From contig CBDFJG010000002.1 of NCBI GenBank assembly GCA_965248445.1, positions 480,001-544,000 on the forward strand: 64,000 nt of DNA, in the 5' to 3' direction. A model generated the notes under the pieces. That model saw only the letters and a program-made list of their open reading frames with translations. It was not told the origin of the DNA and did not search any database. This DNA comes from Planctomycetota bacterium. Its GTDB lineage: Bacteria; Planctomycetota; JAJSAM01; JAJVHW01. Positions 50,684 to 62,420 of the stretch are shown in pieces. Within the stretch, counting starts at the first letter, position 1, and each line of letters opens with the position of its first letter. Made by a program: the position numbers and the translations under genes.

Positions 50684-51823
50684 ATGAACAAGCGAACGCC
50701 CCTGCACCCGGTCCACGAGTCCCTCGGCGCCAGGATCATCGACTTCGGCGGCTGGGACATGCCCGTCCAGTACGAGGGCATCATCCCCGAGACGAACGCG
50801 ACCCGGCAGCGGGTCGGGCTGTTCGACATCGGCCACATGGGACGGGTCGAGTTCATTGGGCCGCACGCCACCGAGGCGCTCGATTACTGCGTGTCGTGCA
50901 ACGTCGCGAAGCTCAAGGAGTTCCGCGTCAAGTACGGGATCGTGACCACGGAGCGCGGCACCGCGATCGACGACGTGCTCGTCTACCGCGACACCGACCG
51001 GTTGCATGTGGTGGTCAACGCCGGCAACCGCGACCGGGACCGCGACCACTTCCGTGACCTGGTCCGCGAGAAGGGCTTCGACTGCACGGTCGTGGACGCC
51101 GCCTGCCCGCAGGAGCCCAACCAGGGCATGTCGCTCCTCGGCGTTCCGCAGACAATCATCGCGCTCCAGGGTCCCAAATCAGAGGAGCTGCTGCAGCGGA
51201 TCGTCAGCACCGAGACGGATCTCTCGGAACTCGGGTACTACCGCATGACGCGCAGTTCGGTCGTCAGCCTCACATGCCTGATCAGCCGCACCGGCTACAC
51301 GGGCGAGGACGGGTTCGAGCTCTTCTTCGACGCGCGGGAGGCCGAGCGGGTCTGGAACCTGCTGATGAGCCAGGGAGAGGACCTCGGCGCGACGCCGATC
51401 GGTCTCGGCGCGCGGGACACGCTGCGTACCGAGGCGGGTATGCCGCTCTACGGCCACGAACTGACCGAGGACATCACGCCGCTCGAGGCCGACCTCGGGT
51501 TCGGCGTGCAATTCAAGGGCGCCGACTTCCTCGGGAAGGCCGCCCTGGCGGCCCAGAAAGAGGAGGGCGTCCGGCGCATCCGGGTGGGCCTCGAACTGGA
51601 CACCCGCCGCGTGGCCCGAGAGGGCACGCGGGTCCTGCACGACGGCGAGGAGGTCGGCATCGTGACCTCCGGGACCTACGCGCCGACCCTCGGCAAGAGC
51701 ATCGCCATGGCGTTCATCCCCCCCACCCTGCGCGACGAGGGCACGGAGCTGGTGCTGGACGTCCGCGGGAAGGAGCACGGCGCCGTGGTGGTTCCGCTCC
51801 CGTTCTACACGCGCCCCCGTTAG
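50684..51823 (+). CDS. gcvT: Glycine cleavage system aminomethyltransferase T
   Basis: FGGWDMPVQY, LFDIGHMG, SRTGYTGEDGFE, GLGARDTLRTEAG. Confidence 0.96.
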   Translation: MNKRTPLHPVHESLGARIIDFGGWDMPVQYEGIIPETNATRQRVGLFDIGHMGRVEFIGPHATEALDYCVSCNVAKLKEFRVKYGIVTTERGTAIDDVLVYRDTDRLHVVVNAGNRDRDRDHFRDLVREKGFDCTVVDAACPQEPNQGMSLLGVPQTIIALQGPKSEELLQRIVSTETDLSELGYYRMTRSSVVSLTCLISRTGYTGEDGFELFFDAREAERVWNLLMSQGEDLGATPIGLGARDTLRTEAGMPLYGHELTEDITPLEADLGFGVQFKGADFLGKAALAAQKEEGVRRIRVGLELDTRRVAREGTRVLHDGEEVGIVTSGTYAPTLGKSIAMAFIPPTLRDEGTELVLDVRGKEHGAVVVPLPFYTRPR

Positions 51824-51872
51824 CCTCGCCGCCCGATCGACAGACCACGGCCCCGCAGGACAGAGAACCCCG

Positions 51873-52271
51873 ATGCCAGCAAAGACGACCAACATCGAAG
51901 ACCTGAAGTTCTCGAAGTCGCACGAGTGGGTGCGCGTCGAGAAGGACATCGCGACGACGGGGCTTTCCGACTTCGCGGTGAAGCAGCTCTCCGACCTGGT
52001 GTTCGTGGACCTGCCCGCCGTCACGGACCTGCTCGAGCAGGGTCAGCCCTTCGCCGAGGTGGACTCCGTCAAGGCGACGTCGGACGTCTACGCCCCGCTC
52101 TCGGGCGAGGTCGTCGAAGTCAACGACACGATCGGCGACGACCTCGACAAGGTCAGCAAGGACCCGTTCGGCAAAGGCTGGTTCGTGAAGTTCCGGCTCT
52201 CCCACCCGGATGAGCTCGAGAACCTGATGGACGGCGACGCCTACCGGGCGCACTGCAAGAAGCAGAGCTAG
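51873..52271 (+). CDS. gcvH: Glycine cleavage system H protein
   Basis: SHEWV, lipoyl motif SVKATSDVYAPLSGEV, DPFGKGW. Confidence 0.96.
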   Translation: MPAKTTNIEDLKFSKSHEWVRVEKDIATTGLSDFAVKQLSDLVFVDLPAVTDLLEQGQPFAEVDSVKATSDVYAPLSGEVVEVNDTIGDDLDKVSKDPFGKGWFVKFRLSHPDELENLMDGDAYRAHCKKQS

Positions 52272-52296
52272 CTACCCAGGCCGCACAGAATGGCGC

Positions 52297-55185
<2,889 letters not shown>

Positions 55186-55413
55186 CGGAGACTCTCCTCG
55201 AGTCCGGGGCCAAGAGAGGCCAGCAGAAGAGGGCCAGATAGAGGGATCGGGTACGTGCACAGGAGCCACCCGGCGGCGGTTCCGCCGGCACCCCTGCCGC
55301 GAAGCCCGGGAGGATAGCCGCGGGACCTGAGGGCGCCCACGGAACGCGGGACGCGGAGGGTCGCTGGACCGCGGACCCGCGGCGGCTACCCTCTCCTCGC
55401 TCGATGGCGGGAG

Positions 55414-56343
55414 GTGACTGTGTTCCCGGTGCTACTGCGTTTCCCCATGCCGTGGGGTGATCCGGACACCTACTTCCCGGTCCGCATGTTCGGGCTGCTC
55501 GTCATCCTGGCGTTCCTCGCCGGGGCCTGGCTCGTGGCGCGGCGCGGGCGGGACGCGCCAACACCGAGGACGTCGGCATTCGATCTCTGCTTCCACCTCC
55601 TCGCCGCGGGTCTTGTCGGCTCCCGCGCGCTCTACGTCGCGCAGCACGTCGAGCGCTTCGAGGGACGGTGGCTGCAGGTCATCGCCATCTGGGAGCAAGG
55701 CCTCGTCTGGTGGGGAGGCTTCGCGCTGGCGGTCGCCGTCGTCGCCGTCTGGGCGCGCGCGCAGAGGCGGCCGTTCCTCACCGTGACCGACAGCATCGTG
55801 CCGGGGCTCGCGCTCGCCCTGGCGATCGGCTGGATCGGCTCGTACTGCGCGGGCGACCATCACGGCGTGCACGTAACGGACGGGTCCGGAGAGTGGGTCT
55901 CGGCGGCAGAGGACGCTCCGGCTTACGCCGTGCAGTACCCGGGTCCGGATGCCGGCTGGCGATACGAGTACTCCGAGACGCCGGCGGACTTCCGCGCGCC
56001 GTACTACATCGTGCCAACGCAGTTGATCGCATCACTGGCGCATCTCTCGCTGCTCGTCTTGGTGCTTCTCCTTGCAGCGCGCGCGCGGGCGCAGCGGCGC
56101 GGGCGGCTGACCGGCGTGTTCCTCGTCGTGCATTCCACAGCGCTGTTCGCGCTGGAGCCGCTGCGCGGGGACGTCGAGCGAGTCCGCGACGTGCTTGGCA
56201 CACCACTCACGTTCACGCAGGCGTGCGCGATCCCCGTGGCGCTGGCGGGACTCTGGCTCTCGCTGCGGCCGCCACGGCCACTAGGGGACGACGGCGGCAA
56301 GCCAGAGGTGGTACGCGAAGAGCAGGCCGTAGATTCCGAGTAG
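55414..56343 (+). CDS. Prolipoprotein diacylglyceryl transferase-like protein (divergent Lgt)
   Basis: [29 protein letters not shown] give the Lgt layout, but several conserved residues are altered. Confidence 0.75.
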   Translation: MTVFPVLLRFPMPWGDPDTYFPVRMFGLLVILAFLAGAWLVARRGRDAPTPRTSAFDLCFHLLAAGLVGSRALYVAQHVERFEGRWLQVIAIWEQGLVWWGGFALAVAVVAVWARAQRRPFLTVTDSIVPGLALALAIGWIGSYCAGDHHGVHVTDGSGEWVSAAEDAPAYAVQYPGPDAGWRYEYSETPADFRAPYYIVPTQLIASLAHLSLLVLVLLLAARARAQRRGRLTGVFLVVHSTALFALEPLRGDVERVRDVLGTPLTFTQACAIPVALAGLWLSLRPPRPLGDDGGKPEVVREEQAVDSE

Positions 56344-56787
56344 CCCGCACACGATCGCCTTCACGTAGCGGAAGTTCTTGTGCACGCATAGGACGAGCAA
56401 GCCGAGGTTCGTCACGGCGCACTTCAGCACCATGAACTCCACCGGCCCCCACTCGATCGCGCGCGCCATGAGCGGATTGGCCTCGCTCCCGCCCTTCTGC
56501 AGATAGAGCAGTGTGAACACCGCATCGAGCGCGCAAAGCGCCCCGATCGCGACGAGCACGGCGACCAACCACGGTTCGTAGCGGTCGACGTACTGGTTCT
56601 CGGTCGCGGCAAGGCGGCGGTCGCCCTCGCGCCGTCCGCCCAGGAGCGTGTACCGGGAGACGAACGGAGTGGGGCCCCGTCGGCGATCGTTCCCCCGCCG
56701 ATCGTGCGCGAACGCGGAGTCCACCGCGGCCTGAGCCTGCAGGGCTCGAGACACGTCGTTCGTACCGGCGATCGCGACTGGCTCCAC
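56281..56787 (-). CDS. DUF5658-like small membrane protein
   Basis: DRR repeats, YVDRY, LDAVFTL...GGSEANPLM, LKC; about 4 TM helices. Confidence 0.75.
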   Translation of the reverse strand: MEPVAIAGTNDVSRALQAQAAVDSAFAHDRRGNDRRRGPTPFVSRYTLLGGRREGDRRLAATENQYVDRYEPWLVAVLVAIGALCALDAVFTLLYLQKGGSEANPLMARAIEWGPVEFMVLKCAVTNLGLLVLCVHKNFRYVKAIVCGLLGIYGLLFAYHLWLAAVVP

Positions 56788-56849
56788 CGCTTGGTCCCCG
56801 TTTCTGTTTCGCTTCGGTCCACACCCGTGGATGTGGCCGGCAGAGCATC

Positions 56850-56864
56850 GCAACGGCCCTGCCA
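56850..56864 (-). promoter_or_regulatory. Putative sigma54 promoter TGGCAGGGCCGTTGC
   Basis: TGGCA-N6-TTGC, about 60 nt upstream of the DUF5658-like start. Confidence 0.65.
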
Positions 56865-56980
56865 GGCCTGGGGCGAGCCTGGATACCCGGGCAGAGGGGG
56901 GGCATGTCCAGCAGAATCAACCTCAGGCTGGGAGACGGTGGGTCATGCGAGGCATCGCGGGGCCGCCGGGCCGCGGGCGG

Positions 56981-58693
56981 TCACTCCGCGGAGTGATGGA
57001 GCTTCTGCATCGCGAGGCGCAAGGCCTCTCGCTGCCCCGCGTCCATCTTGCGGCGCCACGCCTTTCGCATCACGGCCAGCGACTCGCGACGCCCGATCTC
57101 CGGCAGGACCCGCAGGGCCGCGTCGCGGATCTCGCGCACGTCGTGGAGCATGAACGGCTCGACCAGCGACGCCGCATCGCGGTCCTCGGCCCAGCCGGCC
57201 GCGAGGATCAGGTGCTGGAGGCCCGATCCCGAGAGCTCGCCGAACTCGCCGACCTTGCCGAACTCGCTCGGGAGCGCCCGCCGAACCGAAGCGCCGAGGG
57301 CGGTGCGCATCTGCCGGGTGGCCCCGCCCAACCCGACGTAGACGTCGAACGCAACGCCGCCGACGCCGAACGGGCCGGTGTCCGCGGCGATGCCCGCGAC
57401 GACGGTGTCGGCGTACGCCGGGTCGCCGCACAAGACGAGGGCGCGCAAGAACCACGTTCGCAGTCGCTCTTCGGTCGGCGCGAGTGTGCCGATCGCCTCG
57501 GCTACGTCGTCGGCGAGTTCTGCGCGTCGCAGCCGCCCGACGACGAGTGCAGCGACCTCACGATCGGCGGCGCCGCCGTCTCCCGCGGCGAACAGCAGGT
57601 CGTGCAACTGCTCCTCCGCACCGGGCGCCTCCATCAGGACACGCGACTCCAGCGCGGCGATGCGCACCTTGCGTGGATTCTCCGAAGTCGTGCCGCGCGG
57701 TCGCCACACGCTCGCGAAGCGCAGCGCCTCGTCAACGTCCTCGACCGGGTAGTTGCGCAAGAAGGTGACGGCTTGCTCGCGGCGGTCATCCTGCTCGAGC
57801 GGGTCCGTGGCGCGGAACACGAGCTTCTCTCTCGCGAGCCCGTCCTTTGCGTTCGCAAGTACACGCAGCATGGCTTCCCCGAGCGTCGAGCCGTCGCCGA
57901 GCCGTGCACTGCGCTCACGCAGCCAGGGCAGCGCGGTGTCGTCGCCGGCGAGGGTGAGGCCCTCTGCGATCGAAGCACGTTCGGCGTCCTCTGCGACCTT
58001 CCCGAAGTGCCTCTTCAGGATTTCGACCGCGCGCGGGGAACCGATGGTCCCGAGCGCAACGTACACCCACCCGCGCTCCGTCCGGTCGGCGCGCGTGAAC
58101 GCATCATTGAGCGCAGCGACGGCCGCCGGCGTGCCAATGCGTGCGAGTGCCGTGAAGACATGACGCGGGACCGGCAGCGAGCGCTCGACTCCGAGCTGAG
58201 CGAGACGCTCCTCGCAGCCGCCGGCCGCCTTGCCCAGCACGCCCAGCACGTTCGCGGCCCGGATGATCGTCTGTTCACTGCGTGACTCGAGCGCCGCGAC
58301 TGCGAACTCGCGGTCCGCGACCCGCGGGTCATCGGCGATCATGTCTAGCGTGTGCTGCACGAGCGCGGGGCTCGACGCCATCGCGCGCTTCGCGGCGTCG
58401 ATCACGGCGGCGCGCGACGGATCACCGTCGTGGCGGATCTGGCGCAGGCCCCACTGGGCGTCGTCTTCGTCGCCAGTGAGGAAGTTCTGCATCCAGAACG
58501 CCCGGCGCTCGGCGATCGACGGCGCCGGACCGAAGTCCGGAGGTGGCTCGAGCGCAAGAAACTCGGGGAGATTGGGTTGCCCGCTCGGTTCCCGGACATC
58601 GAGCATCGCGAGCCCGCCGGTCAGCGCCTTCCCGAGGAGGAGCACGAGACCCGCAATCAGCAGCGCAATGGCAATCTGTCGGCCGCGGCTCAC
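56981..58693 (-). CDS. Membrane-anchored HEAT-repeat protein
   Basis: N-terminal TM helix, repeated ALGxIG/ALARIG helical units; GTGA-coupled to the TolC gene. Confidence 0.75.
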   Translation of the reverse strand: MSRGRQIAIALLIAGLVLLLGKALTGGLAMLDVREPSGQPNLPEFLALEPPPDFGPAPSIAERRAFWMQNFLTGDEDDAQWGLRQIRHDGDPSRAAVIDAAKRAMASSPALVQHTLDMIADDPRVADREFAVAALESRSEQTIIRAANVLGVLGKAAGGCEERLAQLGVERSLPVPRHVFTALARIGTPAAVAALNDAFTRADRTERGWVYVALGTIGSPRAVEILKRHFGKVAEDAERASIAEGLTLAGDDTALPWLRERSARLGDGSTLGEAMLRVLANAKDGLAREKLVFRATDPLEQDDRREQAVTFLRNYPVEDVDEALRFASVWRPRGTTSENPRKVRIAALESRVLMEAPGAEEQLHDLLFAAGDGGAADREVAALVVGRLRRAELADDVAEAIGTLAPTEERLRTWFLRALVLCGDPAYADTVVAGIAADTGPFGVGGVAFDVYVGLGGATRQMRTALGASVRRALPSEFGKVGEFGELSGSGLQHLILAAGWAEDRDAASLVEPFMLHDVREIRDAALRVLPEIGRRESLAVMRKAWRRKMDAGQREALRLAMQKLHHSAE

Positions 58694-60360
58694 TCGTCCT
58701 CCGTCGCCGGGGCCGCGAGGCCGCGCGCCGAGAGAACACGGCCGGCGGCGAGATCGCTCGCCACCAGACCCTTCTCCCAGTCTACGCGGGCCTGGATCGC
58801 TGCGGACTCGGCGGCGGTGACCTGTTCCTCGACCTCGAGAACGCGGAAGGGCGTGGACGCTCCGTTCTGAAGGCGCGCACGCTCGGCGGCGAGTTGCAGC
58901 TCAGCCGCCGCAACGGATGCCTCGGCGGCGACGATGCGCGCAGCGGCAGCGGCGAGATCGTTGTTCGCGCGGCGCAGTTCGCCGACCGACGTGTTGCGGA
59001 CGGCGTCGAGGCGCCGCTGCAACTGTCGGATTTCGAGGTAGCCGCGGCGCAGGCGGGCCAGCGCAGCGACGTTGCCGAAAGGGACGCTCAACTCGAGTCC
59101 GACCTCCCAGTCGTAAGCATCGTGGTCGGCGAGCTGCTCGTTGGAGTTCGAGAGTCCGCTGCCCAGTCCGCGCAGAAGACCGGTCGCGAATGCGTTGATT
59201 TCCGGGTCCACGTCATTCTCAGCCCGGATGAGAGCTGTCTTGGCCGCCTCGACTCGCGAGCTCGCGGCGAGCACATCACCCCGCGCCGCGAACATCGCAG
59301 CCAGATCTGGCATCGTGACCGGTTGAGGCGTCCGTCCGCCGTTCGGCGCCGGCCGATCGATGGGTTCGATCACGAGTCCGAGATCCGGGTTCTCTCCGCT
59401 GAACGGGAGGATCAGTTCGCGCAGCCGGTCCGACGTGTTGCGTACGTCGTTCTCGGCGCTGATCAGATCCACGCGGCGCAACTCGCGGCCGGCCTCGGCC
59501 TCCGCGACATCGGCGGGTACGGCTGTCTCCGCGTCCAAGCGCGCCTGCGTGACGGCGACAAGTGAGTCAGCGACCGCGACGGACTTCTGACGCAGCGCTC
59601 GCGTCGCCAGTGCGCCGGCGAGATCCCAGTAGATCTGTTCGGCGCGCGCGATGGTCTCCTCGGACGAGCGCGTCAGATCGTGCTGCGCGGCCTCCGTGCG
59701 TCTCTCCGCCTCATGGAAGCGCGACAACCGCACGTCGCGTCCGGCTCCGCGCATCAAGGGATGCGTGTAGCCGAGCGACAGTGCGCCGTCGTAGCGCGGC
59801 TGCAACGACGTGACGCTCGAAGCGCCGCCGCGGTCCGTGGAGGTGGCGCCGTAGCCGAGGTTCCAGCGTCCACCCCAGACTTCCGTCCGCGTGACGCTGA
59901 CCTCTCCGCCGACGTGGTCCTCGCTCTGGAAACTGCTGCCGGCGCTGCCGCCGCCCGGTCCGAACGCCGAGGGATCGAAGAACACCTCGGAACGGCGCCT
60001 CCCCGCCGCCAGGCGTGCGCCGAGCAGAGGATCGAACTCGCCGATCGCCTCGTCGACGAACGTGTCGGCGATGGCCGGGTCGAGAGCCCTTGCGCGCAGC
60101 ACCGGATCGTTGCGGAGCGCGAGCCGCGCGACGTCTGCTGCCGGCAGACGCAACGCCCGCGGCTTTGTGGGATTGGTCGCGTTCGTCGCAGTGGCAGGGC
60201 CAGTGGCAGGCCCAGTGGCAGTAGGCGCAGCGGCGGGGCGGCCCGGCGGTGGCGGCAGTCGAGCGCCGTCGTCGGCGCGCGCGACCGTGCCCGGAACCCC
60301 GATGGCGCAGGCCAGGGACCAAGAGAGAGCAAGGATGAAGAAGCGGTGTCGACTCGGCAT
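58690..60360 (-). CDS. TolC family outer-membrane protein
   Basis: Signal peptide, ALRNDPVL, YTHPLMRG, EQIYWDL, LSVPFGN, GASTPFRVLE. Alternative start at 60429. Confidence 0.87.
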   Translation of the reverse strand: MPSRHRFFILALSWSLACAIGVPGTVARADDGARLPPPPGRPAAAPTATGPATGPATATNATNPTKPRALRLPAADVARLALRNDPVLRARALDPAIADTFVDEAIGEFDPLLGARLAAGRRRSEVFFDPSAFGPGGGSAGSSFQSEDHVGGEVSVTRTEVWGGRWNLGYGATSTDRGGASSVTSLQPRYDGALSLGYTHPLMRGAGRDVRLSRFHEAERRTEAAQHDLTRSSEETIARAEQIYWDLAGALATRALRQKSVAVADSLVAVTQARLDAETAVPADVAEAEAGRELRRVDLISAENDVRNTSDRLRELILPFSGENPDLGLVIEPIDRPAPNGGRTPQPVTMPDLAAMFAARGDVLAASSRVEAAKTALIRAENDVDPEINAFATGLLRGLGSGLSNSNEQLADHDAYDWEVGLELSVPFGNVAALARLRRGYLEIRQLQRRLDAVRNTSVGELRRANNDLAAAAARIVAAEASVAAAELQLAAERARLQNGASTPFRVLEVEEQVTAAESAAIQARVDWEKGLVASDLAAGRVLSARGLAAPATEDE

Positions 60361-60451
60361 GCGGCGTCTCAGGGAGCGGCGCAATCTACCACCCGAAACG
60401 AGGAGGAAACCGGAAGAGGCGAGCCTCATGGCGAAGCGTCGGCGCAGACCG

Positions 60452-61861
60452 TCAGCGCGGCCCGACACCCCGGCCTGCGCTCTTCTCCGCCGCCTCGAAG
60501 CCGTCGTCGAGGAGCTTCGCCAGCGCTTCCCGTCGCGGGCCGCTCGCATCCACGTGGGCGAGCAGCAGCGCGGCGAGCGCGTCGTCGTCCCGGATGCGTG
60601 CGAGCCCCACCGCGGCCTCGTTGGCGAGCGCTCCGTTTCCGTCGAGCAGTCTCGTGAGAGCCGGCACAGCGCGAGCCGTCCGGAGGAAGCCGGCCGCTCG
60701 CACCGCCGACAGCAACACACTCGGGTCCGACTCGGTCTCGAGCAGAACAACCACTGCGTCTCCGACGGACAGCAGATCCAGCTGTGCCGCTGCAGCGAGC
60801 GCCGCGTCGCGAACTCCCGGCGCGTCGTCCGTCAAGCCGCGGCGCACGATCGAGAGAGACGCTTGCTCCAGTTGTGCGGCGGCCAGCAGCAACGCGTCGC
60901 GCCGGGCCTCGGGATCCTCCGCGTCACGAAACCGCGCGACGTGCGCCGTGATGTCGTCCTCCGTGACGCCGCCGGTGTCCACGTCCACAGGTTCCTCGAC
61001 GGGTCGCGGCAGCGTAGCAGCCACGTCCACACCGTCGGGGGGTGCGTTACGCCGGGCGACGGCGAGCGCGCGATCGATGGCATTGCGGGCGTCCTCGTCC
61101 CGGGCCAGGTCGCGGCCCGCCTCCAGCGCGTCAACGTCGCTCCAGTCCACATCGCCCGGGCGCTCCCGCGCGAGCGAACCGAACTCGAGCGCCGCGTTCG
61201 CGCGGGTCCAGCGGCGGGGATCGCGCACCGCCGCGCGCAGATACGCCTTCAACTCGGCCACCTGCCGCGCTCCGCTCGACATGCCCTCAATCTCGAGGTA
61301 CGTCTTCAGGGATGCAAAGCGCTCGTCGGCCTCTGCGTCGTCGAGACGCATCACCTGCACGAGTTCGTGGCCGTACGAGCGAGGTCGCGACGAGAGGAAG
61401 AACACGGCTTCGCGACCGGTCTGCGGAACGACCCCCGGCTCTCCCACGACCGCGCGAAGTGGCCCGCCGGTGGCAAACGCAGGGAGATCCCCCCACAGCG
61501 CTTCGACGTCGGCGAGATGCACAATCTCGATGCCGCGGCCTGTGTCGGTGCCCTCCACCCTCGCGCGCACGATGAGGTCTGCCTTCCGCAGCACCGTGCG
61601 TCCGAGGTGCGAGACGCGGGTCCCCGGCAGCGTCGCATGGATACGCGGCTCGTACGGCGCATCAGCCTCCTCGGCCGCGGCGGCGGCCGGTCCACCCGGC
61701 GCGTCGGTGCTGGTCAGCGCCTCGTCCGAGACCGGCGGCGCAGCCTCCGCCGACGCGCAACCGGCCGACAGAATCACGCAGGCTGAGAGAATCGCGGCGG
61801 CCGACAGATTCGCCCAGCGGAGGAGCGTCAGCGCGAGGTCGGCCGGGCGAGGGGCTGGCAC
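60452..61861 (-). CDS. HEAT-repeat lipoprotein
   Basis: Lipobox LSAGC, ADLIVRARV N-domain, HEAT repeats. Confidence 0.72.
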   Translation of the reverse strand: MPAPRPADLALTLLRWANLSAAAILSACVILSAGCASAEAAPPVSDEALTSTDAPGGPAAAAAEEADAPYEPRIHATLPGTRVSHLGRTVLRKADLIVRARVEGTDTGRGIEIVHLADVEALWGDLPAFATGGPLRAVVGEPGVVPQTGREAVFFLSSRPRSYGHELVQVMRLDDAEADERFASLKTYLEIEGMSSGARQVAELKAYLRAAVRDPRRWTRANAALEFGSLARERPGDVDWSDVDALEAGRDLARDEDARNAIDRALAVARRNAPPDGVDVAATLPRPVEEPVDVDTGGVTEDDITAHVARFRDAEDPEARRDALLLAAAQLEQASLSIVRRGLTDDAPGVRDAALAAAAQLDLLSVGDAVVVLLETESDPSVLLSAVRAAGFLRTARAVPALTRLLDGNGALANEAAVGLARIRDDDALAALLLAHVDASGPRREALAKLLDDGFEAAEKSAGRGVGPR

Positions 61862-61979
61862 GTGTTCGGGGTTCCGGGAGGGTGGCGAAAAAACCTGAGG
61901 GCGAGCCTATCGCACGGGCCGGCAGGGGTCGCCGAGCGTGAAGGATCGACGTCACTCGCGAGTCATCCGCAGCGGCGTG

Positions 61980-62007
61980 GTGATAACCGACGTTTACGAG
62001 GCGTCAA
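61980..62007 (-). promoter_or_regulatory. Possible sigma70 promoter TTGACG-N16-TATCAC for the HEAT-TolC-HEAT operon
   Basis: Good -35 and weaker -10 in the intergenic region. Confidence 0.35.
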
Positions 62008-62116
62008 GTCCCCCCGCCCGGCAGCGCTTGTCACGGCGGCCGGCGGGATCACCCAGAATCGACCCGGGGCGCGCGTCCCTGCGTTGGAAGAGCGCCCCGG
62101 TGCGTGGGAGATGGGC

Positions 62117-62329
62117 TCAGACGGCGGCCGTGCGAGCCCAGGAGCGGTAGACCCGAACCGGAGGCTGCTGACGCCTGCGCCGGGCTCGGCGGGACTTCAG
62201 CTCCTTCTCGACGTGGAGCCTGGCGAAGCGCTGACACTCGCTCAGGGAGCCTGTGAAGATGCCGCGGCCGTCCTTGACGACCTCGAAGTACCGGCGTCCT
62301 TTGATGATGGCGACGAGATGAGTTTCCAT
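62117..62329 (-). CDS. 70-aa basic small protein
   Basis: METHLVAIIKGRRYFEVVKDGRGIFTGSLSECQRFARLHVEKELKSRRARRRRQQ...; SD AGGAGGT. Confidence 0.7.
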   Translation of the reverse strand: METHLVAIIKGRRYFEVVKDGRGIFTGSLSECQRFARLHVEKELKSRRARRRRQQPPVRVYRSWARTAAV

Positions 62330-62361
62330 CGGCGGTGACCTCCTGCGTCCGGGAGGGCAGG

Positions 62362-62377
62362 AGCAACGGCCGTGCCG
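62362..62377 (-). promoter_or_regulatory. Putative sigma54 promoter CGGCACGGCCGTTGCT
   Basis: One mismatch to TGGCACG-N4-TTGCW; lies 32 nt upstream of the ATG. Confidence 0.7.
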
Positions 62378-62420
62378 AAGACCGTCCGCTCGGGAGGACG
62401 CCAGCCTCGGGAGGTGCCGG

